Positions 27,800 to 37,646 of a stretch of 64,000 bases of DNA are shown one piece after another. The stretch spans positions 14,679 through 78,678 of the forward strand of contig CAZWFL010000009.1 in the NCBI GenBank assembly GCA_964633195.1, written 5' to 3'. Source of the stretch: an uncultured Rikenellaceae bacterium. GTDB taxonomy: Bacteria; Bacteroidota; Bacteroidia; Bacteroidales; VadinHA17. The position numbers were made by a program, and so were the translations under genes. The notes under the pieces are model-generated. The model did no database searches. It saw only the letters and a list, made by a program, of their open reading frames with translations, and was not told the DNA's origin. Position 1 is the stretch's first letter. Every line of letters begins with the position of its first letter.

Positions 27800-28783
27800 A
27801 TGAAGAGACTATCCATTTCGAGACGCAGATTTCTGGGTACTGCAGCTGCAGCTGCAGCAGTTACGGTATTGCCTGTCAATTATTCATTTGCTGTCGGCAC
27901 CCAGACAAAGAAACCCGATTCAAAGGTCGGAGGTGTTCAACTTGGCTGCACAACCTACAGTTATCGCAGCATGTCGATGAAAGTTGACGATGTTATCCAG
28001 TATCTCCTTCTTGCCGGCATCAACTCCATTGAGCTAAGGAGTGTTGCTGAAGAGGACCTTGGTATTCCTTCGGCAGGAGGGGGACGGCCGAGAGCGGATA
28101 TGACCGAGCAGGAGAAGGCTGAGGCTGCAAAAGCAGCTGCTGCTGCAAGGGAAGCCCAGCGCCAGTGGCGTCTTTCACTTCCTATGTCGAGGTATGAAGA
28201 TATGCGCAGGAAGTTCAACAATGCAGGTATAAATATCCATATAGCTAAGTTTGCGCCTGCTGCATGGAGCGATGAGGAGATTGACTATGCCTACAGGGCA
28301 ACGAAAGTGCTTGGCGCTTACGGGATAACAGATGAGATAGGCGAGGAAGCCTGCCAGCGAATGGGTAAGTTTGCCGAAAAGCATAACAGCCTTGCAATAT
28401 TTCACAACCACGCACAGCCTGCAGAACCAGGCTTTTCATTCGATAAGTTCCTGGCCTATTCGCCTGCCAACAGGCTCAATTTTGATGCGGGGCACTATTT
28501 CGGAGCTACCGGTATTCATCCGAATACTATTATTGAAAAGTATCATGACAAGATGTCAAGCATTCATATAAAAGATAAAACCGGTCCAAAGAGTACACCG
28601 GCAAATGCCAACATGCCTTTTGGAGAGGGAGAAACACCCATTGCCGACATTCTGCTGTTGCTGAAGAAAGAAAAATGGCCGATCAATGTGGATATTGAAC
28701 TTGAGTACCGTATCCCTGAAGGCTCAGATGCAGCCAGGGAGACTGCAAAATGCATCGAGTACATGCGGAATATTCTGGAGTGA
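27800..28783 (+). CDS. Tat-signal xylose isomerase-like TIM-barrel protein
   Basis: 327 aa. MKRLSISRRRFLGTAAAAAAVTVLP. IFHNHAQP, HIKDK and DIELEY motifs. An Ala/Glu-rich insert (EKAEAAKAAAAAREAQRQ) is unusual for the family. Confidence 0.7.
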   Translation: MKRLSISRRRFLGTAAAAAAVTVLPVNYSFAVGTQTKKPDSKVGGVQLGCTTYSYRSMSMKVDDVIQYLLLAGINSIELRSVAEEDLGIPSAGGGRPRADMTEQEKAEAAKAAAAAREAQRQWRLSLPMSRYEDMRRKFNNAGINIHIAKFAPAAWSDEEIDYAYRATKVLGAYGITDEIGEEACQRMGKFAEKHNSLAIFHNHAQPAEPGFSFDKFLAYSPANRLNFDAGHYFGATGIHPNTIIEKYHDKMSSIHIKDKTGPKSTPANANMPFGEGETPIADILLLLKKEKWPINVDIELEYRIPEGSDAARETAKCIEYMRNILE

Positions 28784-28842
28784 TGACAGAACTGTTTTAC
28801 ATGTTTTTAAGATTTATTTAACCTGACATAATAGCAAATATC

Positions 28843-30309
28843 ATGGCAATGAAAGTATCAAGACTTGATTTCTTAAAGACGGCCGGTCTTGCAACAACGG
28901 GTGTTGTGCTTGGCGGAAAGGCCTCAGCAAATGTCGTTCGTCCTGAAATCATACCTCCGGAAGCAGTTCAGGGGACGGGACGCAAGGTAAATATGGCCCT
29001 GATCGGAATAGCGAATCAGGGAGCCGGTATTGCCAGGCAGTTTATAAACTCAGGACTTGCCAATGTGGTTGCCGTATGTGATGTGGACCTTGATGCCAAG
29101 GGGTGTCAGGATACCATCAAGCTGGCCCCTAAGGCAAAGCAGTTCAGGGATTTCAGGGTTATGTTCGACCAGATGGCCGGTGATATCGAGGCTGTACAGG
29201 TAGCTATACCCGATTTTGCCCATTTCCCGGTTTGCATGGCTGCAATGCAACTTGGTAAGCATGTTTTTGTTGAGAAGCCGATGACCCGTACATTTCTTGA
29301 GGCAGAGATAATGGCAAGGATGGCTGAGAAGAATCCAAAGCTCGTAACGCAGGTTGGCAACCAGGGGCACTCGGGAGAGAATTACTTTCAGTTCATTGCC
29401 TGGAAAAATGCCGGAATAATTAAGGATGTGACGGCCGTAACAGCTCATATGAACGGATCCCGCAGATGGCATCCCTACGACCCCAACATAACCAGGTTCC
29501 CCGAAGCACAGCCCTTACCGCCGGGTATGACAGATAAAGACTGGGATACATGGCTCACCACAGCAGCATATCACGACTTTAACGAGAAGTATCACCCGGG
29601 TAACTGGAGAGGATGGTATGATTTCGGCCTCGGGGCTCTGGGCGACTGGGGAGCTCATATCCTTGACACGATACATGAGTTTCTTGAGTTAGGATTGCCT
29701 TATGAAATTGATCCGGTGCATGTTAAGAACCTGAATGATTTCTTCTTCCCGCTTGAGTCAACCATTCTGTTCCGTTTCCCGAGCCGGGGAGACATGCCAC
29801 CTCTTGATATCACCTGGTATGATGGTGTTGAGAATCTTCCTCCCTTTCCCGAAGGATATGATTCTGTAAGTGCCACGGTTGATCCCAACATACCGCCTCC
29901 CGGGGGTGTGCCGGCAAAGGCTGCTCAGCCAAGAAGGCCGGCATCGGGCAAGATCATTTACAGCAAGGAGCTGACCTTCAAGGGTGGCACACATTCAGCG
30001 CCTCTTTTCATAATACCTGAGGCGAAGGCCAGGGAGATTGCTCCTAAGCTTCCGGCTGTACCGGAGAGTCCGTCGAACCACTATGTGAATTTCCTGAGAT
30101 CGTGTCTGGGTCAGGAGAAGCCGCGTTCACCATTCCCGGTCTTTGCGCCGTTGTCACAGCTATTTTCACTGGGTATTATTGCGATACGCCGCAACAAAAA
30201 GCTGATCTTCAATCGTGAGACGAAGGAGATCATCAATGATCCGTTTGCGAATGCGATGCTGGCAGACAGGCCTCCGCGGAAAGGATGGGAGAGCTATTAC
30301 AATATCTGA
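28843..30309 (+). CDS. Exported Gfo/Idh/MocA-family oxidoreductase
   Basis: 488 aa. N-terminus MAMKVSRLDFLKTAGLATTGVVLG is Tat-like but has a single Arg. VNMALIGIANQG Rossmann start. VFVEKPM. Confidence 0.75.
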   Translation: MAMKVSRLDFLKTAGLATTGVVLGGKASANVVRPEIIPPEAVQGTGRKVNMALIGIANQGAGIARQFINSGLANVVAVCDVDLDAKGCQDTIKLAPKAKQFRDFRVMFDQMAGDIEAVQVAIPDFAHFPVCMAAMQLGKHVFVEKPMTRTFLEAEIMARMAEKNPKLVTQVGNQGHSGENYFQFIAWKNAGIIKDVTAVTAHMNGSRRWHPYDPNITRFPEAQPLPPGMTDKDWDTWLTTAAYHDFNEKYHPGNWRGWYDFGLGALGDWGAHILDTIHEFLELGLPYEIDPVHVKNLNDFFFPLESTILFRFPSRGDMPPLDITWYDGVENLPPFPEGYDSVSATVDPNIPPPGGVPAKAAQPRRPASGKIIYSKELTFKGGTHSAPLFIIPEAKAREIAPKLPAVPESPSNHYVNFLRSCLGQEKPRSPFPVFAPLSQLFSLGIIAIRRNKKLIFNRETKEIINDPFANAMLADRPPRKGWESYYNI

Positions 30310-30343
30310 TCAGGTTCTTGTGATACGGAAAGAGATAGAATAA

Positions 30344-31051
30344 ATGAACTGCAAATCATTACTCCTGTTCCTGGTTCTCATCTGCCCCTTTACGCTACTT
30401 GAAGGACAAAAAAATCCAAAGAGAATCACAATAACCGGTACCGTATCGGATGTAAACAAAAATCCAATTCCTGGTGCCGTTATCTTTGTCGATAATGTCA
30501 AAACCGACGTGAAAACAGACCAGCGAGGCTTCTATCGTATAAGAGTGAATTCTGATGCAGAAGAGATTCTTGTCTTTACACTTTTTAACGGCGTGGCCGA
30601 ACAGGAGATCAAAGGACGCAGATCAATAGATTTTATCCTCAGCAATGATGCAGATGCATCTGGTGACAGAGCTAAAATCGCTGATGACGAGGCTGTTAAT
30701 GTTGGTTATGGCACAATTCAGAAAAAAGATATGACCACACAGTCCCAAAAGATCGATACCCGGGACCCTTCATTTGCATCCTACCAGACGATCTACGATA
30801 TGATAAGGGGACGGTTTCCCGGCGTGGAGGTCTCAGGAAAAAGCATAAGAATTACCGGAGCATCATCACTTAATGTAAGCACTGAGCCTCTTTTTGTTGT
30901 CGACGGCGTAATCGTTAAGAGCATCGATGAAATTTCTCCCCAAAACGTTAAATCAATAGAAGTACTGAAGGGACCGGCAGCAACCGCTTACGGAACCAGA
31001 GGTTCAAACGGCGTGATAGTGATCACCAGGATGACGGGGAAAGACAGATGA
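30344..31051 (+). CDS. Stand-alone SusC N-terminal module (CarboxypepD_reg-like + TonB-box + partial plug), no beta-barrel
   Basis: 235 aa with a signal peptide. It aligns by eye with residues ~47-253 of the SusC at 18702: ITITGTVSDVNKNPIPGAVIFVDN, DEAVNVGYGTIQKKDMT and VKSIEVLKGPAATAYGTRGSNGVIVITRMTG. It ends where the barrel would begin. Confidence 0.7.
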   Translation: MNCKSLLLFLVLICPFTLLEGQKNPKRITITGTVSDVNKNPIPGAVIFVDNVKTDVKTDQRGFYRIRVNSDAEEILVFTLFNGVAEQEIKGRRSIDFILSNDADASGDRAKIADDEAVNVGYGTIQKKDMTTQSQKIDTRDPSFASYQTIYDMIRGRFPGVEVSGKSIRITGASSLNVSTEPLFVVDGVIVKSIDEISPQNVKSIEVLKGPAATAYGTRGSNGVIVITRMTGKDR

Positions 31052-33087
31052 ACGGATTTGCATGTGAAAGAAAAATAATGAGGATAATTTCATTTTTCAT
31101 CTTAATATCCACAGCTTCCTTAGGTTCAGCCCTGGCACAAAATGAAACCGATGTGATCAGAGGATGGCTGATGCACACCGATGCCGGAAATTCTTTTTAT
31201 AATCATCTGTCCGGTCAGGCTTACGATCTGCTCGATAAACGCTCAGAAGAGACAGGAAAGCTTAAAACACCCGATGACTGGCAGCAACGTCAAAACTTCA
31301 TCCGCGAAACACTGATGAACATTGTCGGACCCTTCCCTGAGAAAACACCTCTTAATGCCAGGGTGGTAAGTACAATTAACAAGGATAGCTACAGGATAGA
31401 ACACGTAATCTTCGAATCACAACCGGGATTTTTTGTGACATCCTCTCTTTTCATCCCTGCAGGCATGAAGCGGAATACCCGGCTTCCTGCAGTTATCTAC
31501 TGCAGCGGACACTCTGCCGAGGGCTACAGAAGTGCCGTATATCAGCATGTTATCCTGAATCTTGTAAAGAAAGGATTCATTGTATTTGCTTTTGATCCGG
31601 TCGGGCAGGGAGAGAGACTTGAATATTTCGATCCGGAGACCGGCAGATCAACTGTAGGAGGTCCGACCCGCGAACATTCATATCCGGGTGCACAGGCTTT
31701 CATAACCGGTAGTTCGCAAGCCCGTTTCATGATATGGGACGGTATAAGGGCCGTCGATTACCTTTTGTCCAGAAAGGAGGTGGATCCTTCAAGAATAGGT
31801 ATAACAGGACGCTCGGGCGGCGGGACACAATCGGCATATATTGCTGCATTTGATGAACGGATCAGTGCCTCGGCTCCGGAGAACTACATTACCAACTATA
31901 CCAGACTCCTCCAGTCAATAGGCCCGCAGGATGCGGAACAGAACCTCTTCAATATCATAAGGCACGGACTCGATCATCCTGATTTCCTTATTGTCAGAGC
32001 ACCGAAGCCCTGCCTTATGATAACGACATCAGGAGATATGTTCAGCATACAGGGAGCCATCGAGACAGAAAGAGAGGTGTCACGGATATATAATGCGTTA
32101 GGTGCGGATGATAATTTTTTACGGGTAGAGGATGATGCAGGCCACGCTTCAACATTGAAGAACAGGGAAGCAATGTACGCTTTCTTCCAGAATCATTTAA
32201 AAAATCCTGGTAATCCCCAAGACGAAGATACACAGCTTCTTACTGCGGAAGAATTGCGCGTTACCATTACAGGCCAGGTTTCCACATCACTGAAAGGGGA
32301 GACGGTATTCTCTGTCAACAGGAGATCTGCTGAGTTGCTCGAAGAAAATCTGTATCATCTGAGAAAGAATCCCGGGGAGTTTCTCCCGGGTGTGATCATT
32401 GCCGCCAGAAAGCTTTCCGGGTATAGACATCCGGATGGTGTTGATGAACAGGTTTTTACGGGACGTTTGCAGAGAGAGAATTATTCAATCGAAAAATATT
32501 TTGTCAGGGGAGAAGGTGATTATGTAATTCCTTATCTGTTTTTCAGACCTGAGGAGCACAATGGCAAATCAATGATTTATCTTCACCCGGAGGGCAAATC
32601 TGCAGAGGCTGGAGTGGGAGGCGAGATAGAAAAATTTGTAAATCAGGGCTTTACCGTTCTGGCCCCCGACCTGGCAATTTCAGGAGAAATGTCTCAGGGA
32701 ACCCTGAAAGGTGATGCATATTTCGACGGGGCATCTCATAATCTGTGGTACGCATCAATACTCACAGGGCGCTCCATAACAGGAATTCTTGCAGGGGATG
32801 TTGTCAGACTGGCAATGATCCTGAAAAAAATGGCAGGTAATACTGAAATTACCGGTTTTGCCGTAAAGGAGATGGCTTCTGTGTTACTGCATGCAGCAGC
32901 ATTCTGCGAAGATATCGGCAAAATTATTCTCCCGGAACAATACACTACTTACAGTGATCTGGTAATGAATAGGTTCTATAATCCTCATCTGGTTCTGTTG
33001 GCTGTTCCCGGAGCCCTCAGGGAGTATGACCTGCCCGACCTGGCCATTGCTCTTGGCCCTCGCCTGAAACCCGATGCTATGCAATAA
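31048..33087 (+). CDS. Secreted two-domain alpha/beta hydrolase (acetyl-xylan-esterase-like N-half)
   Basis: 679 aa. ATG 31048 overlaps the upstream stop (ATGA). The alternative ATG 31078 gives signal peptide MRIISFFILISTASLGSALAQ. Nucleophile elbow GRSGGGTQSAY and DDAGHAS His. Paralogue of 1528-2934. Confidence 0.65.
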   Translation: MNGFACERKIMRIISFFILISTASLGSALAQNETDVIRGWLMHTDAGNSFYNHLSGQAYDLLDKRSEETGKLKTPDDWQQRQNFIRETLMNIVGPFPEKTPLNARVVSTINKDSYRIEHVIFESQPGFFVTSSLFIPAGMKRNTRLPAVIYCSGHSAEGYRSAVYQHVILNLVKKGFIVFAFDPVGQGERLEYFDPETGRSTVGGPTREHSYPGAQAFITGSSQARFMIWDGIRAVDYLLSRKEVDPSRIGITGRSGGGTQSAYIAAFDERISASAPENYITNYTRLLQSIGPQDAEQNLFNIIRHGLDHPDFLIVRAPKPCLMITTSGDMFSIQGAIETEREVSRIYNALGADDNFLRVEDDAGHASTLKNREAMYAFFQNHLKNPGNPQDEDTQLLTAEELRVTITGQVSTSLKGETVFSVNRRSAELLEENLYHLRKNPGEFLPGVIIAARKLSGYRHPDGVDEQVFTGRLQRENYSIEKYFVRGEGDYVIPYLFFRPEEHNGKSMIYLHPEGKSAEAGVGGEIEKFVNQGFTVLAPDLAISGEMSQGTLKGDAYFDGASHNLWYASILTGRSITGILAGDVVRLAMILKKMAGNTEITGFAVKEMASVLLHAAAFCEDIGKIILPEQYTTYSDLVMNRFYNPHLVLLAVPGALREYDLPDLAIALGPRLKPDAMQ

Positions 33088-33152
33088 AATCATTACATTT
33101 AAAGCATAATATGACTATCGAATATTAATAATATAGAATAAGTATGTATCAT

Positions 33153-33234
33153 AAAATCAATTATTTGCCCCGACCCTAACTGGAGTAATTGATTTTCTTC
33201 GCACCCTTTAGGTAAGGGGTAAACGAAGAAAATC
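33153..33234. repeat. Two overlapping hairpins sharing the GATTTT segment
   Basis: aaaatcaatta (33153-33163) pairs with taattgatttt (33186-33196). gattttcttcg (33191-33201) pairs with cgaagaaaatc (33224-33234). The two stems compete for 33191-33196. Confidence 0.7.
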
Positions 33235-33322
33235 AGTGGAAGCAGATTATTCAATTCGGGTAATCATAAGAGAATAATTAAACACTATAGGCTGAATCAA
33301 TTTAAATTCAATAACATTGTTT

Positions 33323-34372
33323 ATGAATAAAACCATCAGGCGCCGCGATTTCATAAAGAACGCCGCTGCGGGAGCAGCAACTGTAACCCTTTCGCCTTAC
33401 CTGCTCCGGGAAGAAATCCGGGAAGTTCAAAAAGGCCTCAGGGTGGGCATAATAGGGCTTGACACTTCTCACAGTACGGCCTTCACCAGGGTGCTGAACG
33501 ATCCGTCGGCAGGACCGGAGTTCGGAGGATACAAAATTGTTGCGGCTTATCCGCAGGGAAGCCTTGATATTAAATCGAGTGCCGACAGAATTCCCGGCTA
33601 TACCGAAGATGTGAAGAAGCTGGGCGTTGAAATTGTAAACTCAATAGATGAACTTCTTGAAAGAGTTGATGTGGTTCTTCTTGAGACAAATGACGGACGC
33701 CGTCATCTGGAACAGGCTGTTCCTGTAATGAAAGCAGGGAAAAGAATGTTCATAGATAAACCCATAGCAGCATCTCTCGAAGATACCATTGCAATATTTG
33801 AACTTGCAAAGCATTTCAATTTGCCTCTCTTTTCTTCTTCCTCACTGAGATATATCACCGGTGCAGGGGAGATCGCTGAAGGATCCCTGGGAAAGGTTCT
33901 TGGAGCCGATACCTACAGTCCGGCGACCCTAGAGAAAACACATCCTGATCTATTCTGGTATGGTGTGCACGGCGCAGAAACCCTCTTCACCCTGATGGGC
34001 ACTGGTTGTAAAAGTGTTGCGCGTACTTTTACGGATAACACGGAAAAAGTAGTAGGTATATGGAACGATGACCGCATAGGGACCTTCCGGGGAATCCGGT
34101 CAGGCAGATCAGGATACGGAGGAATTGCCTTCTGTGAGAAAGGCATCAGTTACCTGGATAAATATTCCGGATATAATCCCCTTCTGATTGAAATCGTGAA
34201 ATTCTTCAATTCAGGTATTGTACCGGTAACCAGGGAGGAGACCATTGAGATCTTTGCCTTTATGACAGCAGCCGAGGAGAGTAAATTATCAGGAGGTAAA
34301 GTCGTTCAAATACAAGATGTTATGACTCAGGCCATGATATTGGCAGAAAAGATCGTTAAAGCTAACCTGTAA
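33323..34372 (+). CDS. Tat-signal Gfo/Idh/MocA-family oxidoreductase (short form)
   Basis: The tracked ORF begins at TTG 33317. ATG 33323 gives MNKTIRRRDFIKNAAAGAATVTL. LRVGIIGLDTSH Rossmann start. FIDKPIA. Confidence 0.7.
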   Translation: MNKTIRRRDFIKNAAAGAATVTLSPYLLREEIREVQKGLRVGIIGLDTSHSTAFTRVLNDPSAGPEFGGYKIVAAYPQGSLDIKSSADRIPGYTEDVKKLGVEIVNSIDELLERVDVVLLETNDGRRHLEQAVPVMKAGKRMFIDKPIAASLEDTIAIFELAKHFNLPLFSSSSLRYITGAGEIAEGSLGKVLGADTYSPATLEKTHPDLFWYGVHGAETLFTLMGTGCKSVARTFTDNTEKVVGIWNDDRIGTFRGIRSGRSGYGGIAFCEKGISYLDKYSGYNPLLIEIVKFFNSGIVPVTREETIEIFAFMTAAEESKLSGGKVVQIQDVMTQAMILAEKIVKANL

Positions 34373-34394
34373 TAAGAAATTAAAAGTGAACAGA

Positions 34395-36086
34395 ATGAAA
34401 CCAGGCAGAAGAAGTTTCCTCAAAACAATGGGAGCAGGTGCAACCGGATTCACACTCGGTGGCTCCGCTCTTTCATTAGCCTCGTGCACCACAGTGTCAT
34501 CAAAGACTGAAGAGGACGAACAGATTCTCTTTATCGGAGATAATATTGCAGTTGCCGATACTCAATACGGAAAAGTAAAGGGTTATCAGCTCAGGGGGAT
34601 CTACTACTTTCTCGGCATACCCTACGGGGCTGATATCTCAGGTCCGAACAGGTTTATGCTTCCTCAGAAACCCAAACCGTGGGATGATGTTTTTCCCGCA
34701 GTCTGGTGGGGCAATTCAGCGCCACAGATAATGGAAGGAAGATATGCCAACAGATATTCGTCGTTTGCAGATCACTGGAATTATGATGATGTAAGCGAAA
34801 ATTGCCTCAGCATCAATGTTTTCACACCCGCAATCAACGACGGCAAAAAACGGCCTGTCATGTTCTGGCTGCACGGGGGTGGCTTTACCAACGGCAACGG
34901 TATTGAACAGGATGGCTATAACGGTGAGAATTTCTGCCGGTTTGGCGATGTGGTCTTCTGCTCAATTAACCACCGCCTCGGACCGATCGGATTCACCAAT
35001 CTTGCCGGTGTGGGAGGAGAAAAGTATTCTGCCTCGGGTAATGTTGGTATGATTGATTGTGTAATGGCTCTTGAGTGGGTAAGGGATAATATTGCCGCCT
35101 TCGGGGGAGATCCGGATAATGTGACGATAATGGGACAATCGGGAGGAGGAGCCAAAGTAACCACTCTTACTGCGATGCCTTCAGCAAAAGGGCTCATTCA
35201 TAAAGCCGTTGTGCTGAGCGGTGCCGGTACCAGATCGGGAGATAAAGAGTATTCAGAAAAGCTCGGGGCTTATGTCCTTCAGGAGGCCGGACTTACTCCC
35301 GGGCAGATAGATAAACTGCACGAAATGCGCTGGCTGGAATATATACAGCTGGCCAGCAGGGCTTCAGCAAAGCTGGCAAAAGAGTCGGGTCCGGCAACCG
35401 GAGGTATGAGACGCGGATTTAATCCTGTAGTTGACGGAATCTGGCTTCCACAGCATCCATATCATCCTGAACCCACACCCGAAGCAGCAAATGTTCCGAT
35501 GCTGATCTGCTCCACCATGAATGAACAGGCACCCAGCAGGACAAATGCTGAGCTTGAGAATGTGACATTCGACCAGGTGAAGGAGTATGTTAGGGCAAGA
35601 GCAGGATTCGGGGCCGGATTCGGAGATAAAGCTTCCGAGGTGGTGGATGCTTATGCAAGAGTTTTCCCTGATAAGAAACCAATAGAGATTTGGTCGATGG
35701 TGAGCAGTAACCGTCAGGGTGTTGTAACCCTTGCTGATGCAAAATCAAAGCAGGATCCCCCCGTTTATGTTGCATGGTTCTGCTGGCAGCCTCCATTGTT
35801 CGATAACAGGATGAGGGCTTTCCATTGCAGTGATATATGCTTCTGGTATTATAATACCGATCTGATGCTGACTCATACCGGGGGAGGAGCAAGACCCAGA
35901 AAGCTATCGGAGAAGATGGCCGGCGCACTGCTTCAGTTTATGAGGAGCGGCGATCCCAATGGCGGAGGATTGCCAGCCTGGCCGCGATATACTGCTGAGA
36001 ACGGTGAAGTGATGGTGCTGGATGATGAAAGCGAGGCATTGAACGATCCCGACAGGGAAGCACGAAAAGCGTTACCAGTGATTTGA
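34395..36086 (+). CDS. Tat-signal type-B carboxylesterase/lipase
   Basis: The tracked ORF opens at GTG 34386. ATG 34395 gives MKPGRRSFLKTMGAGATG. Type-B signature FGGDPDNVTIMGQSGGG. Oxyanion-hole region WLHGGGFTNG. Confidence 0.8.
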   Translation: MKPGRRSFLKTMGAGATGFTLGGSALSLASCTTVSSKTEEDEQILFIGDNIAVADTQYGKVKGYQLRGIYYFLGIPYGADISGPNRFMLPQKPKPWDDVFPAVWWGNSAPQIMEGRYANRYSSFADHWNYDDVSENCLSINVFTPAINDGKKRPVMFWLHGGGFTNGNGIEQDGYNGENFCRFGDVVFCSINHRLGPIGFTNLAGVGGEKYSASGNVGMIDCVMALEWVRDNIAAFGGDPDNVTIMGQSGGGAKVTTLTAMPSAKGLIHKAVVLSGAGTRSGDKEYSEKLGAYVLQEAGLTPGQIDKLHEMRWLEYIQLASRASAKLAKESGPATGGMRRGFNPVVDGIWLPQHPYHPEPTPEAANVPMLICSTMNEQAPSRTNAELENVTFDQVKEYVRARAGFGAGFGDKASEVVDAYARVFPDKKPIEIWSMVSSNRQGVVTLADAKSKQDPPVYVAWFCWQPPLFDNRMRAFHCSDICFWYYNTDLMLTHTGGGARPRKLSEKMAGALLQFMRSGDPNGGGLPAWPRYTAENGEVMVLDDESEALNDPDREARKALPVI

Positions 36087-36150
36087 CCATTTTAGTATGA
36101 TGAATTCACGTACTCACCTCCCTCCTTCCCATAACACTCATTAATTAATT

Positions 36151-36175
36151 GTCATTCTGAGCAAAGCGAAGAATC
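36151..36175. repeat. GTCATTCTGAGCAAAGCGAAGAATC hairpin module
   Basis: attct (36154-36158) pairs with agaat (36170-36174). The loop tgagcaaagcga is shared with 14996-15007. The head gtcattc equals the 11-mer array unit at 39881. Confidence 0.65.
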
Positions 36176-36270
36176 TTTTAATCTTATTCGGACACTAATG
36201 AAATTTTTTTTTAAATTTATAATTGGTTAAGCACCAATAATCTTATTACTAACCTGATAATTATATAAAT

Positions 36271-37635
36271 ATGACAAAACGAAGAGATTTTATCAAGAAG
36301 AGTGTACTCGGAACGGCCGGCATCGCCATTGGCGGAGTCGGTCTGAGTGCAAAAACCTATTCTTCCGTCCAGGGAGCCAACGACCGGATTACCGTTGCGG
36401 TTATCGGTATTCGTGGTCAGGGGGGCGGACATATAAACAACTTCTGTGCCATGAAGGATAGCCAGAACGTAAGGCTGAAGACTATCTGTGATACCGATGA
36501 GCAATATTTTGCCCAGCGTGCCAAGACAATCGTTGACAGGACAGGAGAGACTCCCGTTACTGAATGGGATATGCGGAAGATATTTGACGACAAGGAGATA
36601 GATGCCGTGTCATTTGCCACACCCAACCACTGGCATGCACTGGGAACAATATGGGCATGTCAGGCCGGCAAACATGTTTATATAGAGAAGCCTTGTTGCC
36701 ATAATGTATTCGAGGGAAGGAAGATGATTGAAGCGGCAAGAAAATACAATGTTCGTGTTCAGACCGGGTTTCAGAACCGTTCATCGAGGAATGTGATTGC
36801 CGCCATGAAATTCCTTCACGATGGAGGTATTGGCGATGTTTACTGGGCAAGGGGCCTTTGCTACAAACCCCGCGATTCATTCGGCATAGCACCCGACGGG
36901 GAACCACCATCATCGCTTCATTATGATATGTGGCTGGGTCCGGCACCATTCCGTCCCTACAATGAGAAGAGAGTACATTACAACTGGCACTGGTTCTGGG
37001 ATACAGGCAACGGAGATACGGGTAACCAGGGTCCCCATCAGTTCGATATTGCACGCTGGGGGCTCAACAAGAACGAGCATCCGGGTTCGGTCTTTTCAAT
37101 GGGAGGTATATACGGGATCGATCCGAAGGAGTGTGCCCAGGAGACACCAAACACGCAAACATCATTGTTTAAATATGGTGACGGTAAGGTACTGGAATTT
37201 GAGACCAGAGGACGCTATACCCACGGAGAATCAAGCCTTAATATCCTTATTGGCAATATGTTCTATGGAACGGACGGATATCTCGAGCTGAACGGCAACA
37301 CATGGAAAGCGTTCCGAAAGAGGGAAAAAGAGCCATTCGCAGGATCAGGAGAAGGACAGACAGTGGATGTTACTTCAACCCGTGAGGAGAACGTATCAAA
37401 TCACCCGACCAATTTCATTGAAGCAATAAGATCAGGCAAAAATGAAGATCTTCACTGTGATATACAGGAGGGATTCCTCTCTTCATCACTGCCCATTCTG
37501 GCAAATATCTCGTACCGTCTGGGCAGAGAACTTAAATTTAACGGAAAGACCGAAAGGTTTGTGAATGATCCTGAAGCAGACAGAATGCTTACCAGGGATT
37601 ACCGAAAACCATATATTGTTCCCGAAAAAGTCTGA
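36271..37635 (+). CDS. Tat-signal Gfo/Idh/MocA-family oxidoreductase
   Basis: 454 aa. MTKRRDFIKKSVLGTAGIAIGG. ITVAVIGIRGQGG. VYIEKPC. C-terminal dimerisation-type domain. Confidence 0.85.
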   Translation: MTKRRDFIKKSVLGTAGIAIGGVGLSAKTYSSVQGANDRITVAVIGIRGQGGGHINNFCAMKDSQNVRLKTICDTDEQYFAQRAKTIVDRTGETPVTEWDMRKIFDDKEIDAVSFATPNHWHALGTIWACQAGKHVYIEKPCCHNVFEGRKMIEAARKYNVRVQTGFQNRSSRNVIAAMKFLHDGGIGDVYWARGLCYKPRDSFGIAPDGEPPSSLHYDMWLGPAPFRPYNEKRVHYNWHWFWDTGNGDTGNQGPHQFDIARWGLNKNEHPGSVFSMGGIYGIDPKECAQETPNTQTSLFKYGDGKVLEFETRGRYTHGESSLNILIGNMFYGTDGYLELNGNTWKAFRKREKEPFAGSGEGQTVDVTSTREENVSNHPTNFIEAIRSGKNEDLHCDIQEGFLSSSLPILANISYRLGRELKFNGKTERFVNDPEADRMLTRDYRKPYIVPEKV

Positions 37636-37646
37636 TTTTTAACAAA

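Noticed and set aside
30344-31051. Reading the plug-only gene as a susC pseudogene fragment.
   Set aside because: It has its own signal peptide and start, a clean stop, and an intact unrelated ORF immediately downstream with no barrel remnants in any frame. It is kept as a real gene, and the pseudogene alternative is stated in the finding.
36557-37291. A 165-aa antisense ORF and a 122-aa alternate-frame ORF inside the Gfo/Idh/MocA gene 36271-37635.
   Set aside because: The annotated frame carries the Tat signal, the Rossmann motif and EKP. The others lack any motif.
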